The translations under genes and the position numbers were made by a program. Below the pieces are notes generated by a model that saw only the letters and a program-made list of their open reading frames with translations, had not been told where the DNA came from and searched no databases. Below, piece by piece: positions 21,141-34,027 of a DNA stretch of 64,000 nucleotides. The stretch comes from Magallana gigas (Eukaryota), in NCBI RefSeq assembly GCF_963853765.1, contig NC_088853.1:25234001-25298000 (forward strand), written 5' to 3'. Numbering within the stretch: position 1 is the first letter of the stretch; each line of letters starts with the position of its first letter.

Positions 21141-24100
21141 ATGAACGTAAACTGCAAATGACTGGAATTTTTCTAAGTTCAAGGGCCATAACTCTGTCGG
21201 AAATTGCTCTATCATACCCAAATTCAAACTTGACCTAGATATTATTTATACCAAATATCAATATGTGCACCCTATGCGAAGAAAATGAGCGAAAACTGCA
21301 AATAACTCGAATTTTCCAAGAGCAATGTCGAAAATTGCTCGATCATACCCAATATCGAACCTAACCTAGATATTATCATGATAAACCTGTATATTAATTT
21401 TTCTACGCCCAAAGGCCATAACTCTGTCAAAAATTGCTCGATCGTACCCAATATCGAATGTGACCCAGATATTATAAAGATTATCATGATAAACCTGTAT
21501 ATTAAATTTCATTTCAATATGTGTATCCTCTGTGAAGAAAATGAGCGAACACTGCAAATAATTGGAATTTTTCTACGTCGAAGGGCCATAACTCTGTCGA
21601 AAATTGCTCGATCGTACCCAATATCGTAATTGACCTAGATATTATCATGATAAACCTGTATACCAAATTTCTTTTCAATTTGTTCATCGTTTGCAAAGAA
21701 AATGAACGGAAACTGTTGGTGGACCGACGGACCGACAGCAGCAAAGCAATATGCCCTCCCTTCTTCGAAGGGGGCATCATAAAACAATTTGACGCAATTT
21801 TAGTTTTGAAGGAAATAACATTCAACGGACGCAGTTGGAATAATTAATGTCATGGCGAAAAGTGTAGGGCGAGTAAGCGATGGAGCAGATACCATATACT
21901 TGAAATCTGGCAATTTGATCCCAAATATGCGAATAAATATGCATGCACTAGCGTTTTCTTTTTAGTTTCATACATTTTTATGCAGGGCAGATTGGTATCA
22001 TTGGTTATCCAGGTCCAATGAAGGGTGTACGGGGATTTACCTAAGGTTGTATTCCAAACATGTATGGAATACATCCCCGTACACCTTTGGTTGGACCTGG
22101 ATAACGAATTCATTTCCTATGTGATACAAATTCTAAAATTATATTGTTGCACAATTGAAATTTGAAGTTTGATAGAAAGAGCCAAATTATATTTGAAATT
22201 GTGCTGAAAATCATTTATTTATACCAATAGATACAATATTGGGAAATAGGGATTTTGATAAATCATTATTCATTTACTTCATTTATCGTTACATTATTTT
22301 GAAAAAAAATGTAAACAAGACTTGCATTGGGACTTCGCATTTTGTTTACATCCGGCTTCAGCAAGTGTACGGAAAATTACACCCGGCTTGTTAACCAATC
22401 AGATCACGCGTTATAAGCTTCTTCGAAAATGATATAGCTGCAGGTCGTAGTGATTTATGGGTACTCGGTTCTTGGGTATTTAAATCCAGAAATCGGTCAT
22501 AGTAATCATTCGAGATTAGTTAGTCACACGACTGACAAGTTACCAAGTTAACTTTTTTTTATTAATATAAAATTTAGTTTTATTTAGAGATAAATAAGCG
22601 TTGGGACTAATTTCATTATGGAAGTTGACCTGCCCTCCTAAGGACTTGTGTGCCATTTGTAGCTTAATAAATGGTTAACTACATGTACGTCTATCCTATA
22701 GTATGTGTGGTTTTTTTTATTAGAACAGGAAATAATTAATGTTCGGTTGATCGAAGGAAAAAAGAACATAAACAAGTTCTTTTTGTACCCAAAAACATAT
22801 TTAACTTTTTCAAACTGTTACAAAGTAAATATTGATAAATTTATTTCTTTCACGATTCATTGAAACTTATTATAAAAATCACATATATTAGGTTTTTACT
22901 TAAAAGAAACTTCAAATTCAGTAATTATCTTTTTCTCTTGGATAATGAGGCAATGTTTGAAATTTATATTTCATGTATCAACTTTCTTTGAAGCTTTATC
23001 GATTTTTCAACTCTTCATTGATTACTTTCTTGCATATACTTAGCCATGTTTTGAAAATTCCGGTTGATTTCACCAATACCAGTTTTTAACATGTACAAAG
23101 AGAGTTCACTACTGGCAATACTTTGCAACAAAGTGTAGATTTCACTTTATTAATAATTTTTTTTTCATATTTGCCGGAAAATAGATTCCTGAGGTGATTG
23201 AGTTGGACCTTTTCACTATTTTGACTATAAAGGGTTTTTTTTTGTCATTTAAATACCAGGGTCAATCAAAAAATACGTAGACAATGTGGCTGTCTATCAT
23301 ATATTTTTCATGAAAGTCCTACTTAACAGATTAACTTGTGCATTAACACTTATGTTATTGATATGCGAAGTTTTAGTCCATTTGATGAAACGGTATTGTT
23401 GGTACTCCTTTTTAAAAACAACTTGTTTTGCCACCAGGGCTCACGGTAACGTTCAAAACATGACGTCATGATTAAACATGCACAGTTTATAGATAGACCC
23501 ATCTTTAGTCTCTTGTGCCTTTCTGCTTACAATTTAAAATGGCATTGAACCACTTAACATCTTACCATCAGAGACTTGTATTTCGTTATTTAAAAGGGCC
23601 ACTTCTTAAATCAATGAAAAAAAGAGACTTATTTTTAAAATGTGATAAGCAATCAATACCAAATTATTTTTATGTTTATTGCTAAACTTTAAAAAAATGT
23701 CATACTCATTCAGATCTGCAGACTATCAGTCATTCATATACCAGCTAATAATGTTGTTGAAGTGGTGTTTGTGTATTGTAACTCTCTTATTCAGTAACCA
23801 ATTTCTTTACATCATTTATTGCTTTTTTGTTTGTTTGTCAGTCTTTCTGTCCGAACATTATTATCATTTTTCATATTTTCATCCGGCGAATTGATGTAAA
23901 ACCTGAGTGTTGCTTCATAATGATGATATACATGTTTATTTTTATCAGCAAGTGCTTAAGTTGTGTTTTTCAATATGACGTGAAATGTCTTTCCATTTTA
24001 AAGAAATTCATCAAGAATCAGTAGAAATATGTATTTTAAGTGGTAAACCATATGGCAAATACTCAATCTTTCATTGTATGTTATCTTCCGATTTAGATTG

Positions 24101-25645
24101 ACCATCATACTTTGAATAATTTAAATTGTCGCCTGTTGTTGTTGTTTTTTTTACAATTATATATCATCAATAGCATTCCGGGAAAATATTGTAGCTTTTT
24201 AAAAGAACATGATATTTTAAAGAATGAGGGCGTTTAAGATGTAGATTCGAAGAGAAATCTGGGCGCACGAGGAGAGTGGAAATTTCATAGATTAATTTTG
24301 CACATTTTATCGAATTATAAGCGTTATTTGGCGTCTGTTGGGCGTGAATTGGGTAGATAAGTGTTTATAATGCAAAAGGTTTATTTCATGATATGGGGCA
24401 GGATAAAGCAACACAAAGCAATTCATGCAAAATACTACTTATTAACAACAGTTTTTAAATGGTTTTGTTGTCTCTCAGTCTTCTCTCGACAAATTTGAAA
24501 CTTGTAAAGCTGACGTATTTCAACTTTAAAAGTGTCGCTTAAAAAAATGGAGAGATGACCAAGAAATTACTAAATATGAATTTTTTCAAAAATATGTTTT
24601 ATGATAAAAAACAAATTCTTAATATATGACAATGTTAATTCAAACACTACTTTATGCCGCATGTTGTTAAGCCTCGCACGGCTCGGTTTTCGCCTTGAAT
24701 TAGTGTATAAAAACATGCAGTGTTTAGGGTTTAAATCCTACTGGTTATTTAATGTTTTTAAATGTATGTTGATATTACATTCTTTTGAAATATAGAATCC
24801 CGGTATATTTTAATTAAAATTTTCGGGGTGTTTTGCCGCATGAACACTAATTTCCGTTCTTATTACTATTTTATTAAAATGTACAACATAGTTTAAATAT
24901 ATATGCATTAAAATTACAAATAAAACTAGTCATCAGTTTACTCCTCATTGCCATTTTGAAAGCTTGTGAGTTTTTTTAATAACCGGAATCGGCATGTACT
25001 TCAACTCTCAACATAATATAATTTGAGTAATCAATTTTAGTTCAAACCTGTACATAGCCTTTCGAGGTTATATACATTTAAATCTTAATTGATTCGTCTC
25101 AAACTTACTGCAAACTTACAACCTTGTGCGCCCAATTTCTTTGTCACATTAAAAAGCACATCAGGAAACCAGTTGGCGTGTCGCTTGAATTCTTTAACAA
25201 TGTTTTTTTTTTTTTTAAATTCCTTATTCGTCCAGAGACGTATAATATTTGCATTGGTTGCGCTTGACTTCGTTTTAATGTAAACAAAATTCCTTACGCG
25301 ACAGTTTACCGGCCTTCAACAAAGAAATTGTAAAAGAATGAGGATCGGCATCCTTGAAATGAGCATTAAAAAATACATGCGAGATCTTTTCAACTTATTT
25401 TATCTGGCTGCGGATTTTTTTTCATTCTATTGGGAAAACAAAATAGAGTTGTTGTTTTTTGGAAATGAAAGCGTTTTATGATTTTTGCAAATACTGGTTT
25501 TTTTTTAAACCGAGATGATTTGAAAAACATACCCCTGGTTGGCTTCAATAGGTCTGATATAAACCTTCATATTAAGTAGATTCCAATTCCAATCATTAAC
25601 TAAATATGTTGACCTTTACCAGTTTATTAGAAATTAGTTTATCTA

Positions 25646-27706
25646 AAAAGAGGCCCATGGATCACAACGCTCACCTGAGCAACAAAAGACATGATAAAAT
25701 CAGCTTCATGGAGTCATAATACAAAATAACTGGACAATGTATAATACATGTAGATCCTATACGAAGAAATCTGTTTCCCCTTGGATATTCGTATAGTTAT
25801 AATCAAGTCCCTTTTCTAACAGGATGATTTTATAGTCATAACACATTCAGCATGGCAATTCTCAAAAAGGCCCTTAACAATTGTTTATATACCGGGTATA
25901 AACCTACATCAAACTCGGAACCTCTTGTGAGGCCCAATAATTACCAAGGGCCGAAGTTTAAACAATTTTAAAGAATCAGCAATATATAAAAATGCTTCCA
26001 TATAAGTAATAGCATATATAATAACATTTCAGTTTTCCTGAATAATTAAAATGTTTTCCTTTTTACAATTGAATCCCCAGTGTGGCCCTACACTATTCCT
26101 AAAGATTTTGATTTGAACAAATTTGAATCTACACTATCTGAAGTTGCTTTTACTAAAGTTCCAGCTTTTCTAGGCAAATGTTTAGTTTTTTTTAAACTTT
26201 GAATTTTCACTACTTGAAAATGCTTAATACAAGTTTCAGGTTTCCTGGCATAATGGTTTCTGAGAAGAAGATTTTTTAAAGATTTACTCTATATATTCCT
26301 GTGTAAAAAATTTGTCCCCCCCCCCATTGTGGCCCAAACCTACCCCCCCCCCCTCCCCAAGGTCATGATTTTCACAACTTTAATTTCCTAAGGATGTTAC
26401 CATATAAGTTTCACTTTTCCTTGCCAAATGGGTCTTGAGAAGAAGATATTTGAAAATTTACTCTATATATTCCATAAAAAATTCACCCTCCCATTGTGGC
26501 CCCACTGAACCCAAAGAGTCATGATTTTTAACCGGGTTTTCCAACGGAAAAATCCGGTTATTAAAATGGTGAAAATGGCGGGCGGGCGGCTGCCAAAAGG
26601 GTACCCTCAATGTACAGATAACTCCTCCTACAGTTTTCATGATAGACAATTGTTCGTTTGCAGATCAATTGTACATATATCAGAAGTGTGCATATTGCAA
26701 GGATTTTGATTTCTGATAATTTATCGAAAAAATACCAGGTTTTGAACTTAGTCATTTTTTGGCAAAATATTGCATATAGGGTACCCTCATTGTACGGAAA
26801 ACTCCTCCTACAGTTTTCAAGATAGGAAGTTGTTCTTTTGCAAATCAATTGTACATATATCGGAGGTGTGCATATTGCTAGGATTTTGATTTCCGATAAT
26901 TTATGAAAAAAATACTAGCTTTTGAACTTAGTCATTTTTTGGCAAAATGTTGTATATAGGGTACTCCATTTCACTGAATTCGGGTTGACATGGATTATGG
27001 ATACAGTTCACATAAAGGAAAACACGGTGTGCTGTCACATTGACAGCTTTTCACTTGTTACAACTTTGAAACTACACTACCTGAAAATGCTTCCATATAA
27101 GTTTCAGCTTTCCTGGCAAAATGGTTTTGAAAAGATTATTTAAAAAAAATTCTATATATTCAAATGTGAAAATTGAACCCCCATTGTGGCTTCATCCTAC
27201 CCCTGGGGTTCATGATTTTCACAAGTTTGAATCTATACAATATCAGGATGCTTCAACACAAGTTTCAGCTTTCCTGGCTGATTGCTTTCTGAGAAGATTT
27301 CTAAAGATTTACTATATATATTCTTATCTAAGAAATAAACCCCCGTTGTGGCCCCATCCTACCCTCAGAAGTCATGATTTTTTACAACCTTGAATTTACA
27401 CTACCCAAGGATGCTTCCACACAAGTTTCAGCTATCCTGGCTGATTGCTTTCTGAGAAGAGGATTTTTAAAGTTTAACTCTATACATTCCTATGTATAAA
27501 GTCGACCCTCCAATGTGGCCCCACCCTAACCCAAAGGGTCTTAATTTTTTCAATTTTGAATCTACACTATTTGAGTTATGCTTCCACACAAGTTTCAGCT
27601 TTCCTGGTCTTATTGTTCGTGAGACGAAGATTTTTGAAAATTTCTCGAAAATTGTCAATAGTTCCTAATTATCTCCCTTTCCAAAAACTTTGAATCCCAT
27701 TAAAAT

Positions 27707-27742
<36 letters not shown>

Positions 27743-27829
27743 GAGTGGTTCTTGGGAAGATGTTGAAAATGTGAAAAGTTTACAGACAGACGGACAGACA
27801 GCGGGCGACAGACAAAATGCGATCAGAAT

Positions 27830-27864
<35 letters not shown>
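25646..27864 (+). mobile_element. Complete family A Helentron-type element with ~165-bp satellite-like monomers
   Basis: 5' aagaggcccatgg..cgctcacctgag; monomer array; (ACAG)/(GACG) microsatellite; 3' gctcacttgagctttcagctcaggtgagctaaaa. Confidence 0.88.
26529..27058 (-). mobile_element. Helentron-type element (family D, 180-bp internal unit x2) inserted in family A
   Basis: Terminus acaagtgaaaagctgtcaatgtgacag on the minus strand; (GCCC)n; hairpin aaccgg...ccggtt. The host monomer catgattt|tacaactttg is restored on removal. Confidence 0.85.
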
Positions 27865-28183
27865 TGTGCAAGTAAAATTAATATATTTTCATGTTATAAA
27901 CTAAGTAGTTAGATATTATTCTATAATAACTACTTAATGACTACACAATCGAGCATTTTTCACGTTACCAGTATCTTAAAGTTAGGAAATCAATACTTTA
28001 CCGTAACAATAGGAAAGACACTGTAAACTAAAGAGAATAATCCAAAAAGAAGCATACATTTCGATAAGACAAGCTTTAACGATCGTTCTAGCATGTGAAT
28101 GAAAGGAATAAGGAAGTTTAAATGAATATTACAAAGGCCCACTTAAATGGAACGCCGGGACTGTCTTATATGAGGATTTAACA

Positions 28184-28460
28184 TTATACGCAGTGTTCTC
28201 ATTATATTTGGTAGTATATTCATTATATGAGGCTTTTTTACATTATATCGTGTGCATTTTCCATTATATATAGTACGTCTTTCATTATATGATGTAGTTA
28301 TTTCAATATATTATGTACATCTATCATTATATGAGGTGCTTCCACCATTATATGAGGTGCTTCCAACATTATATGAGGTGCTTAAAACATTATATCCGGT
28401 GAACACAACATTATATTATGCACTTCTCACATTACATACAGTATATTCATTATTATATGT
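28184..28460. repeat. ~21-bp minisatellite (core cattatat)
   Basis: About 13 degenerate units, three nearly identical (cattatatgaggtgctt...). Confidence 0.85.
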
Positions 28461-28869
28461 AGTATTTCTGTTATTATGATGACGATGAACATTAAATATT
28501 ATGTTCGGTCCTTTCAGCATTCCGTGCGGTAGATTTTGCATTTCGTTGTGATGTAGACACAGTATTATATGCTGTGCATTCATCTTGACATTTTATTCCC
28601 TTGGACTGAAATGTTACAATTTCATTGGTTTAAAAATAGCACGTGATTGCCTCATATATCTCTATATTTGTTCGGTGAGAAATAATATTAGGCAAAATGG
28701 CCGTCATTGGCCGACGCTTTGCTTACTCATTTGGACATTTCATAGTATTTAATACATAAACCGTAAGTTCTTAAAGTATTTGGAGTAATTGCCCTTTGAA
28801 AATCTTTAAAATTAGAGTAGTTGCCCTTGGAATATTGACGTCACATTGTTTTGTATGGAGCTGAACAAA

Positions 28870-29073
28870 ATGGCAGCGTCGAAATTTGCTCAAATCTCTG
28901 CAGAGGAAAGGGAGAGAACATTTAAAATTGAATAGCAACAAAACATTGTAAGTAAACATGGGTGCAGCAAAGTTTTTAAAGGGTATTTGAAAGGTGAGAT
29001 TGAAAATTGTGAAGAGTTTAAATGAGTTAAATTGAACGAGATGTTAGGCATCTTGTACATGGCTTTGCGTTGA
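28870..29073 (+). pseudogene. N-terminal fragment of a Crypton-like (tyrosine-recombinase DNA transposon) ORF
   Basis: MAASKFAQISAEER..., NKTL*VNMGAAKFLK..., KLNEMLGILYMALR across frames. Resembles the N-terminus of Crypton/DUF3504-type proteins as recalled; not searched. Confidence 0.5.
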
Positions 29074-31622
29074 ATTGTGAATATTTGTGAATAAACATGT
29101 CGCTTGATAGTCTTCGCCTCGCTATCTATGAGATTGATCAACTCCATATATTTCCGTAGTGAGTCCGTAACTAACCTAATAAGTAATAATATAAGACAGT
29201 CCCGGCGTTCCATACAATTATTCAATCATCATTGCCTGTGCTGCCTCACTCTAAAGTCGTGGATATTTCTTTAAAAAAAAAGCCAAAACATTTTGTACCC
29301 GTAATAATAATCTCGTTAACTAAATAGTTCTACTGATTACAAACCAATTGTTTCAATAGTTTTATTTTTATGTTTGAAGTTAAGGAAAATACTGCTGTTT
29401 GGATGTTCATTAATAATGAGTATGTTGTGTATTTTAAAATGAAAATGCTGAATTTAAAGGGTATGGCTGAACCATTAGAAGTATTTTCCTTTAGTGTATG
29501 TTAGCTTATGACTTATGCTATTTAAACCTGATCTTTTGTAAGTTGGAATTATAAACGTATCACTGTTTTTCAGGATGAGAAAAAAAGTCACCATCTTGGC
29601 ATACAATATATTGTTAATTCAGTTACTACTTTTAATGTTGTATGGATGTGAACCTATGAAATGTTAAATTGATAAACTTAAATATGACAAATGACCAATT
29701 ACAAAGAAAAGGTACAAATTGTAACATGCAGTCATCAAACATATAGCTAGTCATCATCTTTATGTATTTAAACATTTTTTTAAATAATTAAGTCAATTTG
29801 AAAATAAACTACAAAATGTCTACACTACCTTTCACCTTTGGTATTTCAAAATGTTAGAGATGAATTTCGTAAGCTTTTACTGAATTTTAATTGATAATTG
29901 AGTATTTTGAAATTAATCAAAAATCTACTTTCGTTTTCGAAAATCAAACTTAAAATAGCAAAAAAATGATAGTAAATTGGTCTCTGCGTTTGATGGAACT
30001 AAGTGAAGGTAATTTGCATCAAAATATGCTTGTAATGAAATTATAATGAATGATTATATAAAGAACGAATATATTTCTTGGTAGTAGGTAATGTTGAGTT
30101 AACATAGCAGGTTAAGATTGAACAAATGTTGAACAAATAAAAAGGGATAATTTGTTTCTTGAATGTGCGATATTAGTTTTGATGGATAGAACTAGACGCT
30201 TGCGATGCACGACCGTGCTGAGAGAATGGTATAGAACTTTTCAGCGCGGTGTAACCAAGAATGCATGCCAAAAAGAGTATGTCGAGTTCATCATGCATCG
30301 TGGGCAGAGATACCTTGGATCTTACATCTCTGGTTAATACTAAAGAGTTAATCAATAAAATTAAATAACTTAAAGCGATTTTTATTTTGATGGAAAAAGA
30401 AAACTTTTTTTCAGAACGGGGTGCATCTGGAACACGGGTTGACTAATTAATACGATTGCAGAAAGTGTAGGGCGGTTTAATCATCGGTTAGATACTTTTA
30501 ATCTGATAACTTTGGTTTAAAATACATTTTTATACCAAGAAAGATTGGTATTAAACCTGAGACATTCATTTGTACAAATTGTGTAATGCATAAAACGAGA
30601 AATTCTTATTTAGGACAGTGATGAAAACTACAATGCAATATAAGTTTCCACAATTCAGAAAAAAATGTGCTTGGAGTAAAGGCAAGGTAAGTACTCTTAC
30701 TCTTACTCGTTTCCAAGTGAAAAAAAGACCTTTAACGACCGAAAACTAATGCTGTTTTCATGTATTATGCCTTTCTTAAGCCAATAACAAATCAAACATT
30801 TGGTTGTGATTGCACTTTTGTTCTGTTCTGTTTTGTTCTGATTCTTTTCTGGTGAGTAAGTAAAGAAACTGTTTAGATTTTTTTTCTCTCTCCCAAAACA
30901 TGAAATACATTTTCTAAAATTATCAAAATAAAACAGCATCTTTTTGATTTACACTGAACTTTCTTTGAATCAAATCCTAAATATTTTTTGCAAACACAGA
31001 ATGAAAGAATGAAGCACGCCCGATTAGCCTACTATTTCTACTAGTAATAATATTATTATTATAATCGTATTTCTTCTAATACATATGTTTGTTTTTATCA
31101 TTGATAGACTGCATTGCAACATAAAATATATAAGTGCGTGCAAAGGCGAGTACCATCAGAAGTTATGGGCTGCGTTTTACAAAAGAACTTACGACCTTTC
31201 TTTTGTAAAATGCAGCCCAGGTACATTCGTCATGGTTGTACAAACATAGCAGATAATGGTGTGATTATAAATATTTTATACAAAATGGACGGTGTCTATT
31301 AAAGAGTCCAGAGTAAATGAGTTGACGTTTTAAAATAATATTGTAATGTTGCAAACTCTTGTTGATATACGAAGTTCAACACGTGGAAATTTTATTTTTT
31401 AGCACATGGAAATTTCCAGTTTTTGTGAAGTTGTTAAATTTAATGGTAAACTTTAAAAAAAAACTTCAAATAACTAGCAGAAACACGTGAAATAAGTCAA
31501 CAAAAGACTGTTGAAGTATTCATTACCCCGAACATTTTTTTCGACTATACATGAAATCAGAAAAAAATAAGCACATTATTTACATTAAAAAACAAATAGA
31601 TACACACTATAGTTTCTGAAGT

Positions 31623-33960
31623 TTAAGTGTAGCTTAAGGTATCGGAATAATAAATCTGTGTCCGGGACAAATTTTTGTCAAATGTTAGACAGTATCTACA
31701 ATGTACAGAAAACTTGTGTCTGATGTATATATGAGTAGAGTCATATGTGTCGAAATCGGACACATCTTTTTGTCGAACACAACGGTTATTCAACCCCCTC
31801 CGACAGACTTTTTCAAGATTACTCCTCCGAGCACGATGGCTGTTAGGTCTTTTGTGTGAAACTTGATTGTCTCTGCATTTGATCGGCAGCAGAGCGCTAC
31901 ATTTTGACATTTTATATTTTTTCATGGCCATAGCAGGACTTTTTTTTGTTAGAGCTGGGCTCAAATTGTCTGGTACTGAATCCTTTTCTTTAGAATACCC
32001 GGCCTTTTTTTTTTGCTGTAGAAATAAGTTATTTAAAGTAATACTTTTTATAGTGGAGAATTCAGATATCACTTTTGCACATCTGGTTTCCTTCAAATGG
32101 ATGTTAACTTTTCTTATGAATTCCTCATTTTTTTTTTATTTTTTTTTTTTTTGGGGGGGGGGGGGGATATGTATATTTGCCTTTCTTATTCCGTGCAATA
32201 CGGTTTATACATTTGACACGGCCTCGAATATCATTGCAAGCCTGTGTACCTGGCCCTTGGGTTTGCCAATCAGTCCTACAATGTATACAGTGTTTTACTT
32301 ACTTATACATGAAGAAGACAATGCAGTTACAGTACGAATTCATTCTATAAATAAACCATAAACCATATTAAAATTTTTACATAATCTGTTTTTGTTAAGT
32401 GGCTTACCTGATAGAAATGTATCATTTTGATGATTCGATTGCAGGTATGTCTGCTGATTGTTGTAGTATTTTCTCGTAATATTCAGTCCTTGGGTTCAGA
32501 ATGATTAAGAGAATGTTACTTCATGCAATTTCTCCACTTTTTTTTACAAAAAATAAGCGGTAAAGGGCTTAGCTTCCTTATGATTTGAATTACGTTTTTT
32601 ATTACCAAATTTTGAATTATGTTTAATAATATCTACACCGCCCTAGTTCAACTTCCGCAATAATTATAATTCATAAATGCGTTATATATTACTTTACTAG
32701 GCTTGGTAGGTCCTCTTTCTAGTCTTGTATTTCGTCTGCGAAGGAAAGCGCTTGTCGTGGTATGCATATCAAAACACGCATGTAGAGTCGATCATTGTTG
32801 TCTGAGTTTTTTTCTCTTAATTTTTGCTGTTGTTATTGTTGTAAATTTCCCCTGAATGCGTCATTCCCTTTAAATTTAATAAAGGACTTGTAAAAGCCAT
32901 GTTGCCTAATTAAAAGAGAAAAAAGTATAAATATATAACCCATTTATATTTTTTCCTTTACTTTTATGTTATAATTTTTGACGCTGTAAAAAACCAAACA
33001 CTATCAACAGGGAGAAACTGGTTCGTAAAAATTGACCCCCACCCACCCCCGATCCAAACACACAGACACAAAATAATTAAGTAACCAAATTAAGTGTTTA
33101 AATATTACTACATAGTATACAGATATTATTTGTATTCTAATTATTGCGGGGATGTTAAATTCATTTTTTAAATGCATTTATTCCACAAAAGGCAAGGTCT
33201 TAGAGGTCGTTTCAAGGTAAATTATGTAAGAGTATTTGGCAAGTACATACTCTGTTTTCATTTTAAATTAACAATAACTCACTCACTGTTTCAAGTCTGT
33301 CATTTTAAGCTGTAAGGTTAAGCGTTGTTTCATAATCCGAGGCACTGCCAGATTTGTTTGAGCCCAAGGCTTGTCTTCAACGTTTTTAATTCGTCCCATA
33401 TCATTATATGTCTGTTGTCATGAGTAAATTGGTTAAGAGGGGATTCAACAGTTGCGGCTGAAATTATTGAGATCGAAATTATTTATCATATAATCGACTT
33501 TTTACCACCAAGGCTTAAATATGAATATTTGAGATATTCCGAATATATATATTCTCCCAATAATTATTTTAAGATTTTAATAATTGTATATTTACTTAAC
33601 AGGAAAAAATTATACTCTATGCGGCTTTTTTTACATTGATTTTATCTTAGAATTCTGGAATGATAATCCTTGTGCCGACTCAGCTTCTTTAATTGCTTGT
33701 TTAATGACGTCCATTGCGGCGGATTTCTGTGTGCCTGTGAATCCTTCTGTCATTGAATATACCCGGTATGATTGCCGGCTGTTTCATGTTCCCCAAGGAC
33801 CGACAACTGATTTTCCTAAGAAATGTCCACAGGCAGCTAAAAAGGCGGCGGCAGAAACTCGGGCGGTATGCTGTTAGCGAAAGAAATACTTTACAAAGTT
33901 TGCCCAGTTCTAAAATCGAACACTTCCCTAACTGATATTCGTTCTTGATAGCACAATTTT
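31623..33960 (-). pseudogene. Multi-exon P-loop ATPase relic, DUF3987/YfjI-like
   Basis: Segments in the expected order: FLAACGHFLGKSV..PWG; YSMTEGFTGTQKSAAM (Walker A-like, 33721-33744); HIMIWDELKT (Walker B, 33390-33410); DRLYMRVLICIP; LIGKPKGQVHRLAM; LFLQQKK. AG/GT sites bound several segments; many stops and frameshifts. Confidence 0.6.
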
Positions 33961-34027
33961 GCTTATTTTTGAAACGAAAAAGTCTCTCTCTCTCATATGA
34001 TAAGAAAGTTATTGTTTTACATAAATT

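Larger units (their letters stand above)
18444..21783 (+). mobile_element. Helentron-type non-autonomous element (family B), outer shell of a nested stack
   Basis: 5' gtgtttgtgaaacacttatgcccc; internal repeats with aagggccataactctgtc; ggaccgac microsatellite; 3' hairpin atgccc...gggcat. A sister copy lies at 34477-34873. Confidence 0.75.
28148..29212. mobile_element. Composite TIR element
   Basis: Perfect 24-bp inverted repeat atggaacgccgggactgtcttata (28147-28170) / tataagacagtcccggcgttccat (29190-29213). Confidence 0.7.

Noticed and set aside
21850-22113. 87-aa ORF with faint resemblance to a lectin-domain segment
   Set aside because: It overlies the 22004-22105 hairpin and a non-coding cassette; no conserved Cys or Trp pattern.
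26458-27658. Several 60-95 aa ORFs recurring at 26.5, 35.4 and 51.3 kb (MKTVGGVI...)
   Set aside because: Incidental frames within the family A and family D repeat units; not conserved as open frames between copies.
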